From NCBI GenBank assembly GCA_012295275.1, contig CM022673.1, positions 17,360,001-17,424,000 on the forward strand: 64,000 nucleotides of DNA. The letters run 5' to 3'. Under the pieces are notes generated by a model that saw only the letters and a list, made by a program, of their open reading frames with translations, made no database searches and had not been told where the DNA came from. The DNA is from Chrysomallon squamiferum (Eukaryota; Animalia; Mollusca). The position numbers were made by a program, and so were the translations under genes. Positions 26,773 through 41,849 of this stretch are shown one piece after another. Each line of letters begins with the position of its first letter. The first letter of the stretch is position 1.

Positions 26773-26839
26773 ATGGAACCCTGGATGAGGGGCCTGGTGC
26801 TGTGTTTGCATGGCTGTTTGTTACTCGGCTTCGCAGAGG
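26773..26839 (+). CDS. BAMBI: BAMBI-like exon 1, signal peptide (MEPWMRGLVLCLHGCLLLGFAE-G)
   Basis: Strong Kozak context gccATGg, hydrophobic leader ending in A-E-G, consensus donor GAGG|GTGAGT; phase 1 fits exon 2. Linkage across 27 kb is inferred. Confidence 0.8.
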
Positions 26840-27768
26840 GTGAGTAGAAAGATAGAAACGAGTAAATTATATGTAATATGTAATAATAACATAGACGTTG
26901 TTTGTTTAGAAAGGTACTTCATTCGCGACGTGTTTTTGCTTTGAAACGGTTGGGTTTATGCCTGAATTAACTTCATTCAATAGCGGAGATCGTGCCGTCA
27001 CTCACTCCATTAAAACCTCTGTAGTTTACTGAATACACACCTTTGTGTTGTTGTATGCAGTTTTGTAGCATATTAACTGACATCAATGCTTAAGTAGCTA
27101 AAAGTTGGCTTCATCGACACCGCGATACGCCTTCAGAAAAAACAGACGTCGTCGACGTTGTTGAGATCGTATTAAAACACGCCGTTGACGTGCAAACACC
27201 AACAATCATTTAAAAAGTTCATTATGAAAGAAAATTACACATAATCCCTGAAAACTTCGGGAGTAGATAATGTTCAAGTAGGTGATTGTAAATGTAGTAA
27301 CAGGTATATCATGATGAAAATAAACTATTTTATGGATGGGGGTTATAATAATAACGTTGTTACATGGGGTGAAATGATATTGTTATTATGGCAAATACTT
27401 CAAGTTATACGTGTTAATTCAGAAATAGGTATTAAAGTATGAATGTAGGTCGGTGACGATGGTGGTAAGATTCGGGAAGAAAGGGAGTACATGTTTTTAA
27501 ATTATTAAATTATATATCTTCTCTGTTGGATGTGTGTGTTTGTGTGTGTGTGTGTGTGTCTGTGTGTGTGTTTATGTGTGTGTGTGTGCGTGTGTGTGTG
27601 TGTTTATGTGTATGTGTGTGTGTGTGTTTATGTGTGTGTGTGTTTGTGTGTGTGTGCATTTATGTTCTGTAATTATGTGTCTGTACAGACGTTTGTTTTT
27701 ATTGTGAATTTATATACATATCATATATTTCAACACTTACTTATTACATATATACTCTCTCTCTCTTT

Positions 27769-27807
<39 letters not shown>

Positions 27808-28301
27808 AGGTGTGCTCAATCGTATCTTTATAAACAATGATAAAATCAGTGCAAGAGTGTCGTATAAAATAAAACACTACAGGCTTGGCCTGGTTTGAGA
27901 AATTCTAATTTTTTAAAGACAGTCATGGTAGTGTTAAGGTATTAGTACATGCTATGTAAACAGTGGACACTATATATATATTGAAGTCAGGTTAGGTATG
28001 AACGGTTAAAGTTTACTCGCACGCAAGATATCTGTTACTACGGTCAAAATACTTATGCTGTTTGTGGGCAATTATACATTACTGACTCGGGTCCATTGAC
28101 TGTGGCTCGTGCGGCGACACAAAAGGACAGGAATTGGCGAGAAAGGCGTTTAGCTTTAGTACCCATTGACGTTACGCTCATGTTTGCTTTGCAAAAGAGA
28201 AACGTGTTAAGATGAGGGAAAAACACGGGTCAAAAAACACAACCTCTGTCACCACGTCGTCCATCAGTCAGCCTAAACGTGGCTTGTTTCTTCTTCTTCT
28301 A

Positions 28302-28304
28302 CTG

Positions 28305-28342
<38 letters not shown>

Positions 28343-28352
28343 ACTGCTACTG

Positions 28353-28413
<61 letters not shown>

Positions 28414-28500
28414 CACTACTGCTGCAGCTGCTACTACTACTACTACTACTATTACTGCTGCTAGTAGTACTACTACTACTACTTTTTCTTCTTCTTCGTA
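28302..28500. repeat. Compound (CTA)/(CTG)/(CCA) trinucleotide repeat
   Basis: Direct reading; source of the poly-Leu/Tyr/Cys ORFs. Confidence 0.9.
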
Positions 28501-29258
28501 TCCTTCATTTTTATGCTTCTATGATTCTAATTAATTTCTGCCAGTACTGTTTCTGTTATTATTGCTTCTGCTACATCTCTACACTGCTGCTACTGTTACT
28601 ACCATTACTACAACTACAACTGCAAACTATGTCTGGTGTTTCAAGTATTTTATTTTTACTGAATGAAAACAGTGCAAACAGTTTAAATCTGTATCAAAAC
28701 ACTTATAATTTAGAATTATTGTAACTGCTACTAATATTTTTATCTTCTTTTATTACTAGTATCACTTTGCTACTGTTGCTACTATCACTACTATCTTTAC
28801 TACTATTAATCCTACAAATCCTATTACTATAACTAAAACTTTAACTAGAACTACTGTTAATACTACCTTTACTATTACTATAACTACAACTATTGCTACT
28901 ACAGCTATTACTACTATTTCAACTATCACTTTTATCATTTTATACCGCATTTGTGAAAAATGCATTCTCTTTAACTCGTCGTTTTTTCTTTTCTCTCTGT
29001 TTCTTCTCGGCTCTGTGTCTCTGTAACTCATGTTGTGTTTTTCTTGCTGGGTTTCCCAAGTAAATACATGCATTCTGGCGTTGTTCTCGCGGCGAGATGG
29101 GAGGGCAGATAACGGGGTAAGGGTCTAAGAAACGGCATGCATGGTTCGGCCTCACGGAACTCGATCATTTTACTGTGCAGGTCAGAAGGAAATATTGATT
29201 ACATACAAAAATATTTCATATTTTTATACTATACCTTCTTTACAAAACACTTGTATTT

Positions 29259-29368
<110 letters not shown>

Positions 29369-29473
29369 ATTATTCTTCTAATCTATTATTCAGTTATTCA
29401 TTATGTAGGTAATCTGTAAATATTCAGTTAGATACATTTCTTTGTAATTATCTACATTATGTAGGTGTTTGAA

Positions 29474-30184
29474 CTGTATGTAATTACATATCTACATTAT
29501 GTAGGTGTTCTATGTTGTAAACATCTACCTGTATGTAATTACATATCTACATTATGTAGGTGTTCTATGTTGTAAACATCTACCTGTATGTAATTACATA
29601 TCTACATTAAGCTATTAAACTCTGTTGTAAACATCTACCTGTATGTAATTACATATCTACATTATGTAGGTGTTCTATGTTGTAAACATCTACCTGTATG
29701 TAATTACATATCTACATTATGTAGGTGTTCTATGTTGTAAACATCTACCTGTATGTAATTACATATCTACGTTATGTAGGTGTTCTATGTTGTAAACATC
29801 TACCTGTATGTAATTACATATCTACGTTATGTAGGTGTTCTATGTTGTAAACATCTACCTGTATGTAATTACATATCTACATTATGTAGGTGTTCTATGT
29901 TGTAAACATCTACCTGTATGTAATTACATATCTACATTATGTAGGTGTTCTATGTTGTAAACATCTACCTGTATGTAATTACATATCTACATTATGTAGG
30001 TGTTCTATGTTGTAAAACATCTACCTGTATGTAATTACATATCTACATTATGTAGGTGTTCTATGTTGTAAACATCTACCTGTATGTAATTACATATCTA
30101 CATTATGTAGGTGTTCTATGTTGTAAACATCTACCTGTATGTAATTACATATCTACATTATGTAGGTGTTCTATGTTGTAAACA
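29474..30184. repeat. 55-bp minisatellite, ~13 copies (gtaggtgttctatgttgtaaacatctacctgtatgtaattacatatctacattat)
   Basis: Units at 29501, 29556, 29611 (variant), 29666 ... 29941, 29996, 30052, 30107, 30162 (partial). Confidence 0.95.
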
Positions 30185-30297
30185 AACACCAAGGCACGTG
30201 GCTAATTCAGAGGACTAAATTCTGGAGAATAATGTTTTCCGGGTATTTTTAGTATTTGATAACGATAGTCGTAAATTTATTAGAAATCTATTTAATA

Positions 30298-30346
<49 letters not shown>

Positions 30347-30534
30347 GGTAATTAAAATATAACATAACAACAACAAATTAAATTAAATTAATTAAATTAA
30401 ATAAATAAAATAAACAAACTAACCAACCGATGTCATAATTTCGAGGTTTGTACCAATTTGATACAACGGTAACAACGGCTATTATAATAACTGATACTAC
30501 TACTACTACAACTACAACAACAAGAACAACACTA

Positions 30535-30681
<147 letters not shown>

Positions 30682-32314
30682 TGGAAAAAACAATAGCAAT
30701 ATATAAGTAACAAAAAATAAAAATAATAATTAAAAAATACAAAACACGAAACTGTTACTTGTCACATATTACCTGTGCATTCTGCGAAGTATTTCTTCTT
30801 TTTTTTTTTTTTTTTTTTTTTTTTTCCGGAGTTCGCGTGTCGGAACCTATTTGTTACGCTAAAATAAACTAGGAAATTGGTCAAATTAAAGCAAAAGCTT
30901 TTATTCTCGCTGTTCGCCTTGCACGGGATAACATAATACGTGGCTGGAAAAGAGCGCTTGGCTTCAACCAGTTTTTATCCAGCCTGTCAGTTTGCTTTTA
31001 TTGCACGTACAAAACAAAACGAAGAAATTCTCTTGTACAGATTAGATACCGCGACCTTGTAGTGCGTACAAGAAAGCGTAGATTTACTTCCAGGGGCCAG
31101 AGGTTACAGACGTGAAATACCGAGGTTAAAGGTTACAGACTCGCGATTTGTCGAGTGAATAAATTCTAAAAACTGTTAATAGTTGTGTCATGCAAGAATA
31201 AACGAATGATATTTCAGTACATGTTTGTTTTTCTTGTTGTTAGATGTGAGTTTTTAAACGATACTCTTAGAGAAGAAACACACTATACGCAGACAACGGA
31301 TTGGCAGTCAAGTTTTTTTTAATTTATATAGAATGACATTTTAAACTGCTGATTAATTTGATAAAATCTTCGATACACAAGTCACAGACCAATGTCTGGA
31401 AAGGAAAACACAAAAAGGCCGAGCAGTCAAGTTTTGATCCTCTGGCTTATCGCTGCTTGGGCATGTTCTGAGCTATTGCTAGAAATTTTGTTTAGACGAG
31501 ATTGGTTTTTTGTAAATGTGAACTGAAAAAATGGGACGTACTCTATACAAAACTACCCTTCATTGTCCAACAAACTCAAAAGATGAAGATATTTTATATA
31601 GATAACATTTTTGTCAAACTGTAGATAGCTTTGCAAACAGAAATAAATATTTTGTAGACACATTAAAAAAGATTATTACTGTTGTATGGTATTGAAATGA
31701 ATAGCTGCCATAAAAATATAAATAATTACATTCGTCAGTAATTCTGATTTTTATCTCTTTGAAATGAGAATGTGATTTTGTTTATGGCTGACATACCTGA
31801 ATTTTTAAAAATATATAATGCCAAATTATCTTTTTTATTTACTTGTCACTTATTATTTGGTATGTCTGTGTGCTCTGTCTTTGCGTGCATAACTGTTTGT
31901 ATGTCTGTGTGTTCATGTGTAAGTGTGCGTATTTGTGTTACTAAGCAGCAGACTGTAATATAAAATAAAACTCATGCTCTGTTAGTTACATTAAAAATAA
32001 AGTTTGACCCGTATTTTATTATTATACAATTAATTGAAACCGCAGCTAAAACTTGAGTGTTGTATATACGTAATGACGTAATCTGTGACAGAACATGTAC
32101 ACGACTCATTACGTCAGTTTGTAGAGTGTGATTAATTGATGTGTAATTAACAACACTAATTATCAAACTGTTAATCCATTAATCGTGTTTTTCAGAGGTT
32201 ATTACTCAGCGTGTCCAATCCGCGTTATAACCAGAACTGACCGACACCTTGTTTAATTAGTAGTAGTATTGTTATGAGCCGCAGCTGTTACTATTACTAC
32301 TGTTGCTGCTGCTG

Positions 32315-32372
<58 letters not shown>

Positions 32373-33672
32373 TACTACTACTATTATTACTATTACTATT
32401 ACTGCTACTACTATTTTTATTACTAATACTACTATTTCGACTACTTCTACTAAACTACAACTGCTGCTACTACTAATTCTACTACAAATATTATTATTAC
32501 TTCTACTACAAATGTTATTGTTACTTCCAATACAAATATTACTACTATTACTACTGCTACTACTTTATTATTACTATCATCATCATCTCCATCATCATCA
32601 TCATCGTAATTAATATTATTGCTATAATTTGAGGTATTGCTAAATGTGCATGCAAAAGACTGACTATCTTTGTTGCTGTTGCTGCATCTACCGCGGTTGT
32701 TGTGCGCTTTGTTGTCATTATTTATTACTTTTAAAATACAACTGTTTTGTGGTTCTAAATTTCAGCAGCAGATTTCGATGTGTTCGCACACAGAACTGTT
32801 GCTGTTACCCATTTTATTGTTGCCATTAAATATTTATTACGTTTAATAATGCAGCCATCTTATGGTACTAAATTTCAATAGCAGATTTCTGTGTGCGCAG
32901 TCTTTTTTAACGCCCTCTCTTTTTAATAGACTGCAGGTAAGCATGTGCATATTTCCATAATTTATATCCCTTGTTTGTTTGTAAGTCAGCGGGGCAAAAT
33001 ACAATGTGCAGAAATAGAAAAGAAAGAGAAAGCATAAATCAAGCTTTTAAGTTAGGAAATCCAAAACCAAAGGAAAGGGTCTGTGAAGGTGTAGGAAGTT
33101 TCTTTGAACTACACACCCGCCCCATCCCCTAGAGAGGCGGCCAGCTGGTCCCTGGATGTGCCACATATTTTGTGTATGGATCTCGGCACAATGCAGCCGC
33201 TGGCGATGACAGTTTCACTTGGGGTATCGAGGCTAGAGGCGTATCAAGTGTCAGGGTGTCAGTCTTCTACTTCTGTTCGAAAAGCAGCTGTAGCTGATAT
33301 CAGCTCACTTTTTTTTTTCTTTTTTTTTTTCTTTCTATTAATATTATTATTATTATTACTGTTGTTATTATTATAATAATTATTATTATTACTATTATTA
33401 TTATGTATCTTATTTTATTTGTACTTGTTTTATAAATAAGGTTAGAGATGCATGCTAATGACTAACGCTGTGTCTCAGTACGTATGTGTTTGCGTGTGAG
33501 TATGGACGTAATAATCCTTGAAAATAATTATCAAGATTGCATGTTATATAATTATATAAATAAATAAGAAATAAATATAGAAAATAAAACAAAATATAAC
33601 CAAATAAACTGAATAAATAAATAAATAAATAAATAAATACTAACAATAATAAATAAATAACTATTCGCAATT

Positions 33673-33675
<3 letters not shown>

Positions 33676-33731
<56 letters not shown>

Positions 33732-33784
33732 CAATAACAATAATAATAATATTGGTAATAGTAATAGTAATAATGATAGTAACA

Positions 33785-33836
<52 letters not shown>

Positions 33837-33883
33837 CAACAACAACAATAACAATAACAATAATAATGGTAATAGTAATAGTA

Positions 33884-33967
<84 letters not shown>

Positions 33968-33970
33968 GTA

Positions 33971-34025
<55 letters not shown>
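33676..34025. repeat. Compound (AAT)/(AAC)/(AGT) microsatellite; similar tracts near 30538-30678 and 32300-32600
   Basis: Direct reading. Confidence 0.92.
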
Positions 34026-34027
<2 letters not shown>

Positions 34028-34129
34028 CCCTTACCTAACCTTATTCTAATATTTTATAATGTGCATTTCCAGTCTGGCTTAATTTATCACTAAAATAGGT
34101 TACACTGAATGCACTGTTAAGCTGGCAGT

Positions 34130-34620
34130 TTTAAACCGGTGTCTATGCTAATTAGCGCCCTACGAGATATTACCCTCACTATTACAGCATGCAGAGATAA
34201 CAGGCCTATATGTCGACATTTTGTACCAAAACCCGATAAGACCTCATAATCTCGCGTCATAGTCGCCTTTTGACTGGCAGAAAATATAAACGGGTGACGT
34301 TTTGTCTAGATACGTTTTAGTCATTGTTCTGGACGTGAATGAAAATCCGTATTTATTTAAACAGCCAGAACTCGAGCCTTTGTCTAAAGATGGCGCCACT
34401 GAGAAAATAATTGCCTCCGGAAATATCAATATCGTTATTATTTTTCATATGATCGGGTCGCTTGATGAATTGTAGGCGGGAGTTATGATTATAAACGTAT
34501 CAGATGGCGTAACCGCGTTTTGATTTTCCTGACCCTATCAATTAATCGTCCACAGTTTAGAGACATTTGGCGCCTTGTCGAGGCCGAAGGGGATATTAAC
34601 ACCGGTTTGTTTTCGTTATG
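34130..34620. promoter_or_regulatory. Candidate intronic BMP/Smad-responsive enhancer
   Basis: CpG-rich patch with two TGGCGCC motifs (34391, 34568), each within 6 nt of a GTCT/AGAC Smad element (34382, 34561). Function inferred. Confidence 0.45.
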
Positions 34621-34742
34621 AATGGTCTCTATCGAACATATTCTATCAAACTCTATTAATAATTTAATAAATCCCTCGAGGAAATTAATAGCTTTAGAAG
34701 AACAATAAAAGTTGCGTTGTTTATTTATATATTATTATAAAA

Positions 34743-34817
<75 letters not shown>

Positions 34818-35039
34818 AATAAATACATACATACATAATTACTGTATTCTTAATATTATAATCAGTATCATCACCACCTTCACCATCTCATTATTACTGA
34901 TATAACAAATATTACAACAACAAATATCATCGATAATACAACAGCAGCAAAAAGAACCATCAGCATTAGGGTAAAATATCACTGACGTTATCATTACAAT
35001 AATTATTTTTGTTGTTATCGTTGCGATTATTGTTAGTAT

Positions 35040-35070
<31 letters not shown>

Positions 35071-37470
35071 TTGAAATTCTGTAATACGTACATGACTAAC
35101 TGAGGCAGCGGACGAATGCACTGTACAATCACAGCATGGTTCTTCAGTGTGGATTTACCTCACGACTATTTTCAACATTATTTGCACCGTATGTGGAATT
35201 TCTTGCTTGTCGAGTATCGCTTTCATTTATGTACGTATCCTTAATAAGCGTGAATATCCGCGTATCATGGCACTTAGAGTCTGTTCCCTGTTGTCTTTTT
35301 TTAACACCAGGAGCTCTGGAGCGAGACCAAAAGGAACGGAATCTAGTGGGGGGGGGTATTCAGGGATTCTGATGATGGAAGACGCTGAAGGAAGTGCTTT
35401 GAGAAATTTGTGTCTTTGTTTATTATGTTTGAAAGAATGGTGTGCTAGAAGTCAAATTTTCTTTATTATTTTAGCATTGTCATCATCTGGATGATCATCA
35501 TAATTATTGAGCGCTTAATTATTCTTGTCATTTCCTTCTTTGTTTATTATAGCATCATTAGAAAACATATCCACGTCTCCAGGGGGAATCCTAACCTTTA
35601 GCAAGCAAATATTAATTTAATAGAATTTGTTATACAGAGTGCCTAACTACGAATAATTCTGAGTCTGTAGGAATTCATTATTTGGCAAATCATTATATGC
35701 CTTTACAACAACAACAACAAACACAGAAACAAAAATAAAAAGAAAATATATGGTGCTGATTCACGTTTAAGACTAACACTGACAAATGGATGTTCGCTGA
35801 GTTTTTCTTTTCTTTAGAACTGTAGAGATTCGGTTTATGACAAGTATTTGTTACTAGTTCATGTCAGACTTGGTAGGTTGTTGTGCTGTTTAGACTCTGA
35901 CGTTATGAACTACTGGAAATATTACAGAAATGTTGTTACAGCTTTCACTTAACCCAAACAGATTACCGAATTATACCAAAGAATTCAGACTTCACTTCGA
36001 ATTCCAGACCTAAATCTGAAGTCTTAACCATTTATAATGTCTGGGACGATGCTCAAATCAAAATTTTGAAAATATTTTATTATGTTAATATGATCTTGTG
36101 TTTTTTGAAAGAAGTACATTTTAAAACGTAGGTTAAATGGAGAGCTGAACTTCCTGTGGTCTCATTCCAGTGTTTGGTTTGCTGGAGTCGTTACATAAGC
36201 ATTTATCACTGATGTTTTCTCGGGGTCATTGAAAATGTTTGCCTGCTGTTGCGGGTAATTGCGTTACGATAACAACAAAATAACATAGGCATATAGAGAA
36301 TTCTCAAAGCATTTTCTTTAAAAAAAAAAATATTTTTTTTTTTTTTAAATTTTAATACCTGTTGTAGAACATATCTGACTCACGTGATCTGTTCACATTA
36401 TAATCTGCTTATTATGTACATCTAAATACATCTATAATATATTAATATTATAATTTATACCTTTTTTAGATAAATAAATAAGTAAGTAAAATAAATAAAA
36501 TAAACACAAAACACAAAACACATGCCTACCTCATTGGTGTTTTATTTATGTTTTTTAAAAAAAAATTCTTGTTGTTTTATCAGACATAATTATTTTATGC
36601 TCGGATCATTGCCGTGCTTTCCGATTTGGGTCAAACGATTATGAACACCTCTTCTGTTTGATACGGACCCGCCCCTGTTTGTATTTCAGTAGGTAATTTT
36701 TCTCTGTAAATCCGCAGTAACTCAGGCGTGGCGAAACGGCAGACAGAACGTCCCCCCTGTTGGGTTCTTTGTTACCATGCGTCGGGTTTTCTCTATAAAA
36801 CTCCGACCCCTGCGTTCTTTCCGCTGACTTAAAAATGGCCACAAAACCCCCACATCTAAACCTAGCAGCGATCTGTTACCACTTAGCGCTTCCACTCAGC
36901 GAATCTGTTTGCAAATAGTCCATAAAAAGTCAAAAATGACCGTGGAATATGAAGTAGGTGATGTTTTTTTATGGCTTTTATATCCAACCATAGCATGGGA
37001 TATAAAGAACAAAATCGTCTCTGAGGTTTATTATTCTCGAAACGATTTTTTTTTTCTCTGTTTGATGAATCATTCGCATAAATGGCTAATAATGTTACGC
37101 ATGTATTTTTCTGTTTAAAGATTTTTTTTTTTTTTGTTAAATAAAAATTGCCAGCAACCGTATGAATTTATTGCATTTCAGCATGATCCTGCTAACTTCC
37201 GGTATTTGTTATTTACTGTAATATGCAGCAAATCAGTGATTTGGCGTTATTTATTTATTTATTTGCTTGTTTGTTTGTTTGTTTGTTTGTTTGTTCGTTT
37301 AAATATGACAAGACATTTTCAGTATATTACTTTGGCTGTTATCATCATTTTTAGTTTTAGTTTTAGTTTTAGTTTTTGTTTTAGTTTTAGTAGCAGCAGC
37401 AGCTGAAGTAGCATCAATGGCAACATTATCATCATCATCATCATAATTATTATCATCACAGCCATTTTTT

Positions 37471-37600
37471 ATTTACTTATTTCATTATTTATTTGCTTAT
37501 TTCACTATTTATTGACTTATTTCATTATTTATTGACTTATTTCACTATTTATTGACTTATTTCATTATTTATTTACTTATTTAACTATTTATTTACTTAT
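37471..37600. repeat. 20-bp tandem repeat (att(t/g)acttatttca(t/c)tattt), ~6.5 copies with 40-bp alternation
   Basis: Units every 20 nt from 37471; cat/cac variants alternate. Confidence 0.85.
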
Positions 37601-39928
37601 ATTTACTCGGAACTAGTAATTTTTTCCCGCTGTAAATGTTGTTAGGGTCATCATCACTGGAGTATGACAGACAGACTCACGGCGTTACGGACGATGTGTT
37701 TATCACTCACATATCACTTTGTAATCATTGCATTTAATTACCTTGTGACTTTGCAGTACTGTAAAACTGAGTAAATCTGAAAGGTATGAATAAACATCAG
37801 GACAAGCTAGTGCATTTACCAAGCGCTTTTTTTTTTGTGTGTGTTTTGCTTGTAGCTGTGTACAGTGTTATTCTCAACAGAACACAACATTAATAACAAC
37901 AGCGCCAGTAATGGCTCAGCATTCCTCTAATGACGTTTTTGTAACATACTAAGTTATTGTTTTTTTTACTCCTACTGTGATTACTGTTACTACCACCGAA
38001 CCAAAAATATACAACAAACAGACAAATAAATAATTAAATAACAAAAACAAACAAAACAAACAAGTAAATACATAAATAAATAAATAATCTTTATACTAAT
38101 TCTGAGTTGACACAATTTATTATTATTAAATTAAATTTCAGTTAAAAAGAAAGAAAAAAAAAAACAAACAAACAAAAAAAAAAAAAAAAAAAACTACATT
38201 TAATTGCTGTTTGGTGTAACCGATTATACATAAGAATACATTTTCCATATTTATTAGGTTAATGTGATTTCAAAAATTTAAAATAAAAACATAAAGAAAA
38301 AAAAAAAAGAAGAAAACAAAATTGTAAAAAATTAAAAAGACAGAAAATGATCCAAGCTCAATATATGAAAAAAAGAAGAAGAAAGAAAACAGAAACCAAG
38401 AAAAGGAAAGAACAATAAATAAAATGAAGAGAGCAAAGAAACAAAATAAGAAACAAAAGAGAAAAGAAAGAAAAAAATAACAAAAAAGGGGGAAAAAGTG
38501 AAGAAGTGAACGAAAAATGAGAAAGAAAGAAAAACAATAAGGAAAGGAAAAAGAAAGATAACCCAAGAAACAATTTTTATCTAATATGCGAACACATTAA
38601 AAGTAAAGAAAAATGAAATATGTAAAATGATATATATAGAGTTTTTATGAACTGACAACCATACGTTTATCAATACAAGTGTATTTGAACCTCTTGCTGT
38701 TTGTTTGTTGAAGTTGCGAGGTTTTTCTTGATCGGCTGTTTTGTGTACCGTGTCAGTCACGAGTCAGCTGGGTACTGTCTAGTTAACGCGAGGGAACCAC
38801 AACGTGCGTGGGGCTGTGGCGTCAGTTGATGTGGCGATTAATCACTGCATTTAAGTGATAAATGCGTGGCAAGGGATTTAGAGAACTGTACAGTTTTGCC
38901 AAGAATAGAATTCAGTTATTAAAAAAAGGTATCTTCCTGTTTGTGTGTCTGTCTGAAATTAAGAAAAAGTAGCAAATTATTTTTAAATATCAACTAGTAC
39001 GACAACAAAAACTACTACTACCAAAACTACCAATAATAATAATAATAATAATAATTGCTGACGATGATGATGATGATGGTAAAAATGTATTCTTTTTCAG
39101 TTTATTTCTATCTAATAGACATACATTATTGTCATTACTCCAATTGATTATCCATTCCCTTGAATATTTTAAAATTAATTTAATATAGTTTTATTTTATA
39201 GTCTTCTTACAAACTATATAGTTCATATTAAATTCTCTGTTAAATTTATTATTTTTAAATGGAAGCAAATGTTTATCTTCTTTTCTTCAGAATGATGATG
39301 TATAGTGATTACAGAGGACTGTTTTGACTAGTATGACTTTATGAGCCAATGAAAAGTTATTTACGATCATTTTACAAGACGTAACCCAATGAAACGTCGC
39401 GACGCAATCATAAGATGCTGTATTCCTGTCTACAAGTTTTATTTAATGCTAAAACAGAGCGTAGGGCTAGAGCTTTGAACATCTATGCCTTATCAAAGAC
39501 CTATCTTGAACGACTTCGCTTAAACTATGGGCTATTTTAGATATCTGTGCAAAATTGCTTTTATTTATTTTCCTCCCTGCCGTCTCTTTGATGTTTCCGG
39601 TTCTCGAATGTATCGTGTAATCGCGTGTAATTTCATTATTATTTTAACGTATGGGAAATGAAGAGTTCTCATTTAAGTATTATTATAATAAAGATTTGGA
39701 TCTGGCTTCCAAGGGAGGGCGTGTTTCTTTTTATCTTCGCCCTTCCTGATATCTGCTGCTTCAAACTGGTAATCGCTTCAAATAAACAGGAAGTGCAATT
39801 TCAGAGGTCTTGTTTGGGCAAACAGACTTCTTGTAACTTTCTCTAATAACAGTTATTATTATTATTAACAACAACAACAATCATCTTCATTTTAAATAAA
39901 TAAATAAATAAAAACAACAACAACAATA

Positions 39929-39981
<53 letters not shown>

Positions 39982-40029
39982 AATAATAAAGTTAAAAATT
40001 AAATAAAATTAAAATATGGAAAATAAATA

Positions 40030-40070
<41 letters not shown>

Positions 40071-41590
40071 ATACTAAAAAATAAAGACGCACAATATTAG
40101 ATATGGCAACATTTATTATAGACGAGTAATTTTTAAACTTCTAAGATATCGTTTAAAAGTTGAAAACACAAATGGTGGGAACCCATCCCTTCATGGGCCT
40201 CATTCTAACGCTGCTCTGTAAGTAAACTTTAGTTCTAAGCTAATCGACGGGAACAGTTTAGTTTATGCGTTAGGCCGAGTGAGCGAAGATAAAATTTGAC
40301 GTCCAAATGACTAAAGCGCGGCAGGCAGTAACTTGCAGGCGATCCGTTGTTTAGACTGCACCTTTTGTTTTTGTTTTATAGCCTGGCAAAATTCTTTCCC
40401 TTTTTCTTTTACCTGAAGGCTCAAGTCCGTAGGTATTTTACGGTTAATTTAAAACAAAGATTAAACGTCATCTTAATTGTTGTCTTCAGCATGATATTTT
40501 TGTTTTTTAAATGTAATTTATTATTATTGTTATTTTATGTGTGTTTGTGTGTGTAACATCAGGAGGTTTTAGCGAGAAGTTGTTTCATAGTTTAGGGCAT
40601 GATGGGATACGTATAAATTAAATACGTCATCATATGCAGCCATGTTCAGTATCAAAATGGCGCATAATTGTATAAAAAGAAAAAGAAAAGAGTTAAATCA
40701 TACTTTATTACCATATTCTCTTTATTCTGTGTGAAAGCAGTGGTCACGTAAAATGAAAAGCAGGTACGAGACGGACATAAATCAGTATGGTAACTCATTG
40801 TTTGAAATCAAACTGGTGGTTATATAAAATGACGAGAAAGGGATGATGGGATAGTTTTAAACTGTGGACGTCATTAACTGAAAGTGATACTCGCTGGTTA
40901 CACAGAATAATTTGTAGCAAGCCACCACCAGGCGAACATCAAAGATCCTCGCACTCATAAAAGTGTTATCTCCTTATTTATAGGCCGGAACTAATAGGCA
41001 TGCTGGGATACGTGGGACAGAGGTTTGGTGGACGCGTTGTCTTGTTTGTTTTATAAACTGTAGTAACAGTAGCCACCTCGCCACAAGTGTGTTGTTGGAA
41101 AGAGGAGATGCGACAACTGTTCTGTTATTAACTTATTTATTTATTTACTTTTTGCTTTATTTGTTTTTTATAAACAGATGTGGGTAAACATTTCAATATT
41201 TATATTATACACAACAAAACGAAAACAACAGCAACAGCAGCAACTATTTATTTATTTATTTATTTTTTTTTTTTTAAATCTTTAAAGATGATGATAGTCA
41301 TCCTTGATACAGATTTTAGTATAAAAATGTCTAGATAATGATAATTCAAAACAACAACGGCTACGACAGCAAGAACAACAGACACGTGCTAATTTTAGTT
41401 AAGCTGATGATTGTGCAGATTTTAAGGTCGGTGAGCTTAAGTAGAAAATAATCATTGAAATCAGTAGTCCGTGTTTGCATCGAGGAATTTCTTTGATCTC
41501 TTCGTTTCTTTTGTTAGTGTGGAGATACCTGATACAGTTCTGTCCGTCACTGCAGACCAACACAACATGTTATCAGTCACCATCTCTGAG

Positions 41591-41683
<93 letters not shown>

Positions 41684-41798
41684 AGAGGAATAATAATAAT
41701 AATTAACAAAATACATCAAAATTTCTATGCTGCTGATTATATTTAATGGTATATGGTATATGGGTCCATGCTCTTTTCATGCAGACTAATTAAATTAA

Positions 41799-41849
<51 letters not shown>

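Noticed and set aside
29474-30184. CRISPR-like array (regular palindromic repeats)
   Set aside because: Sequence between palindromes is identical from unit to unit, so there are no unique spacers; no cas genes; eukaryotic intron context.
33104-33376. Non-repetitive-looking intronic ORF (MNYTPAPSPREAASW...)
   Set aside because: Non-ATG start, runs into microsatellite, no recognisable domain or convincing splice sites.
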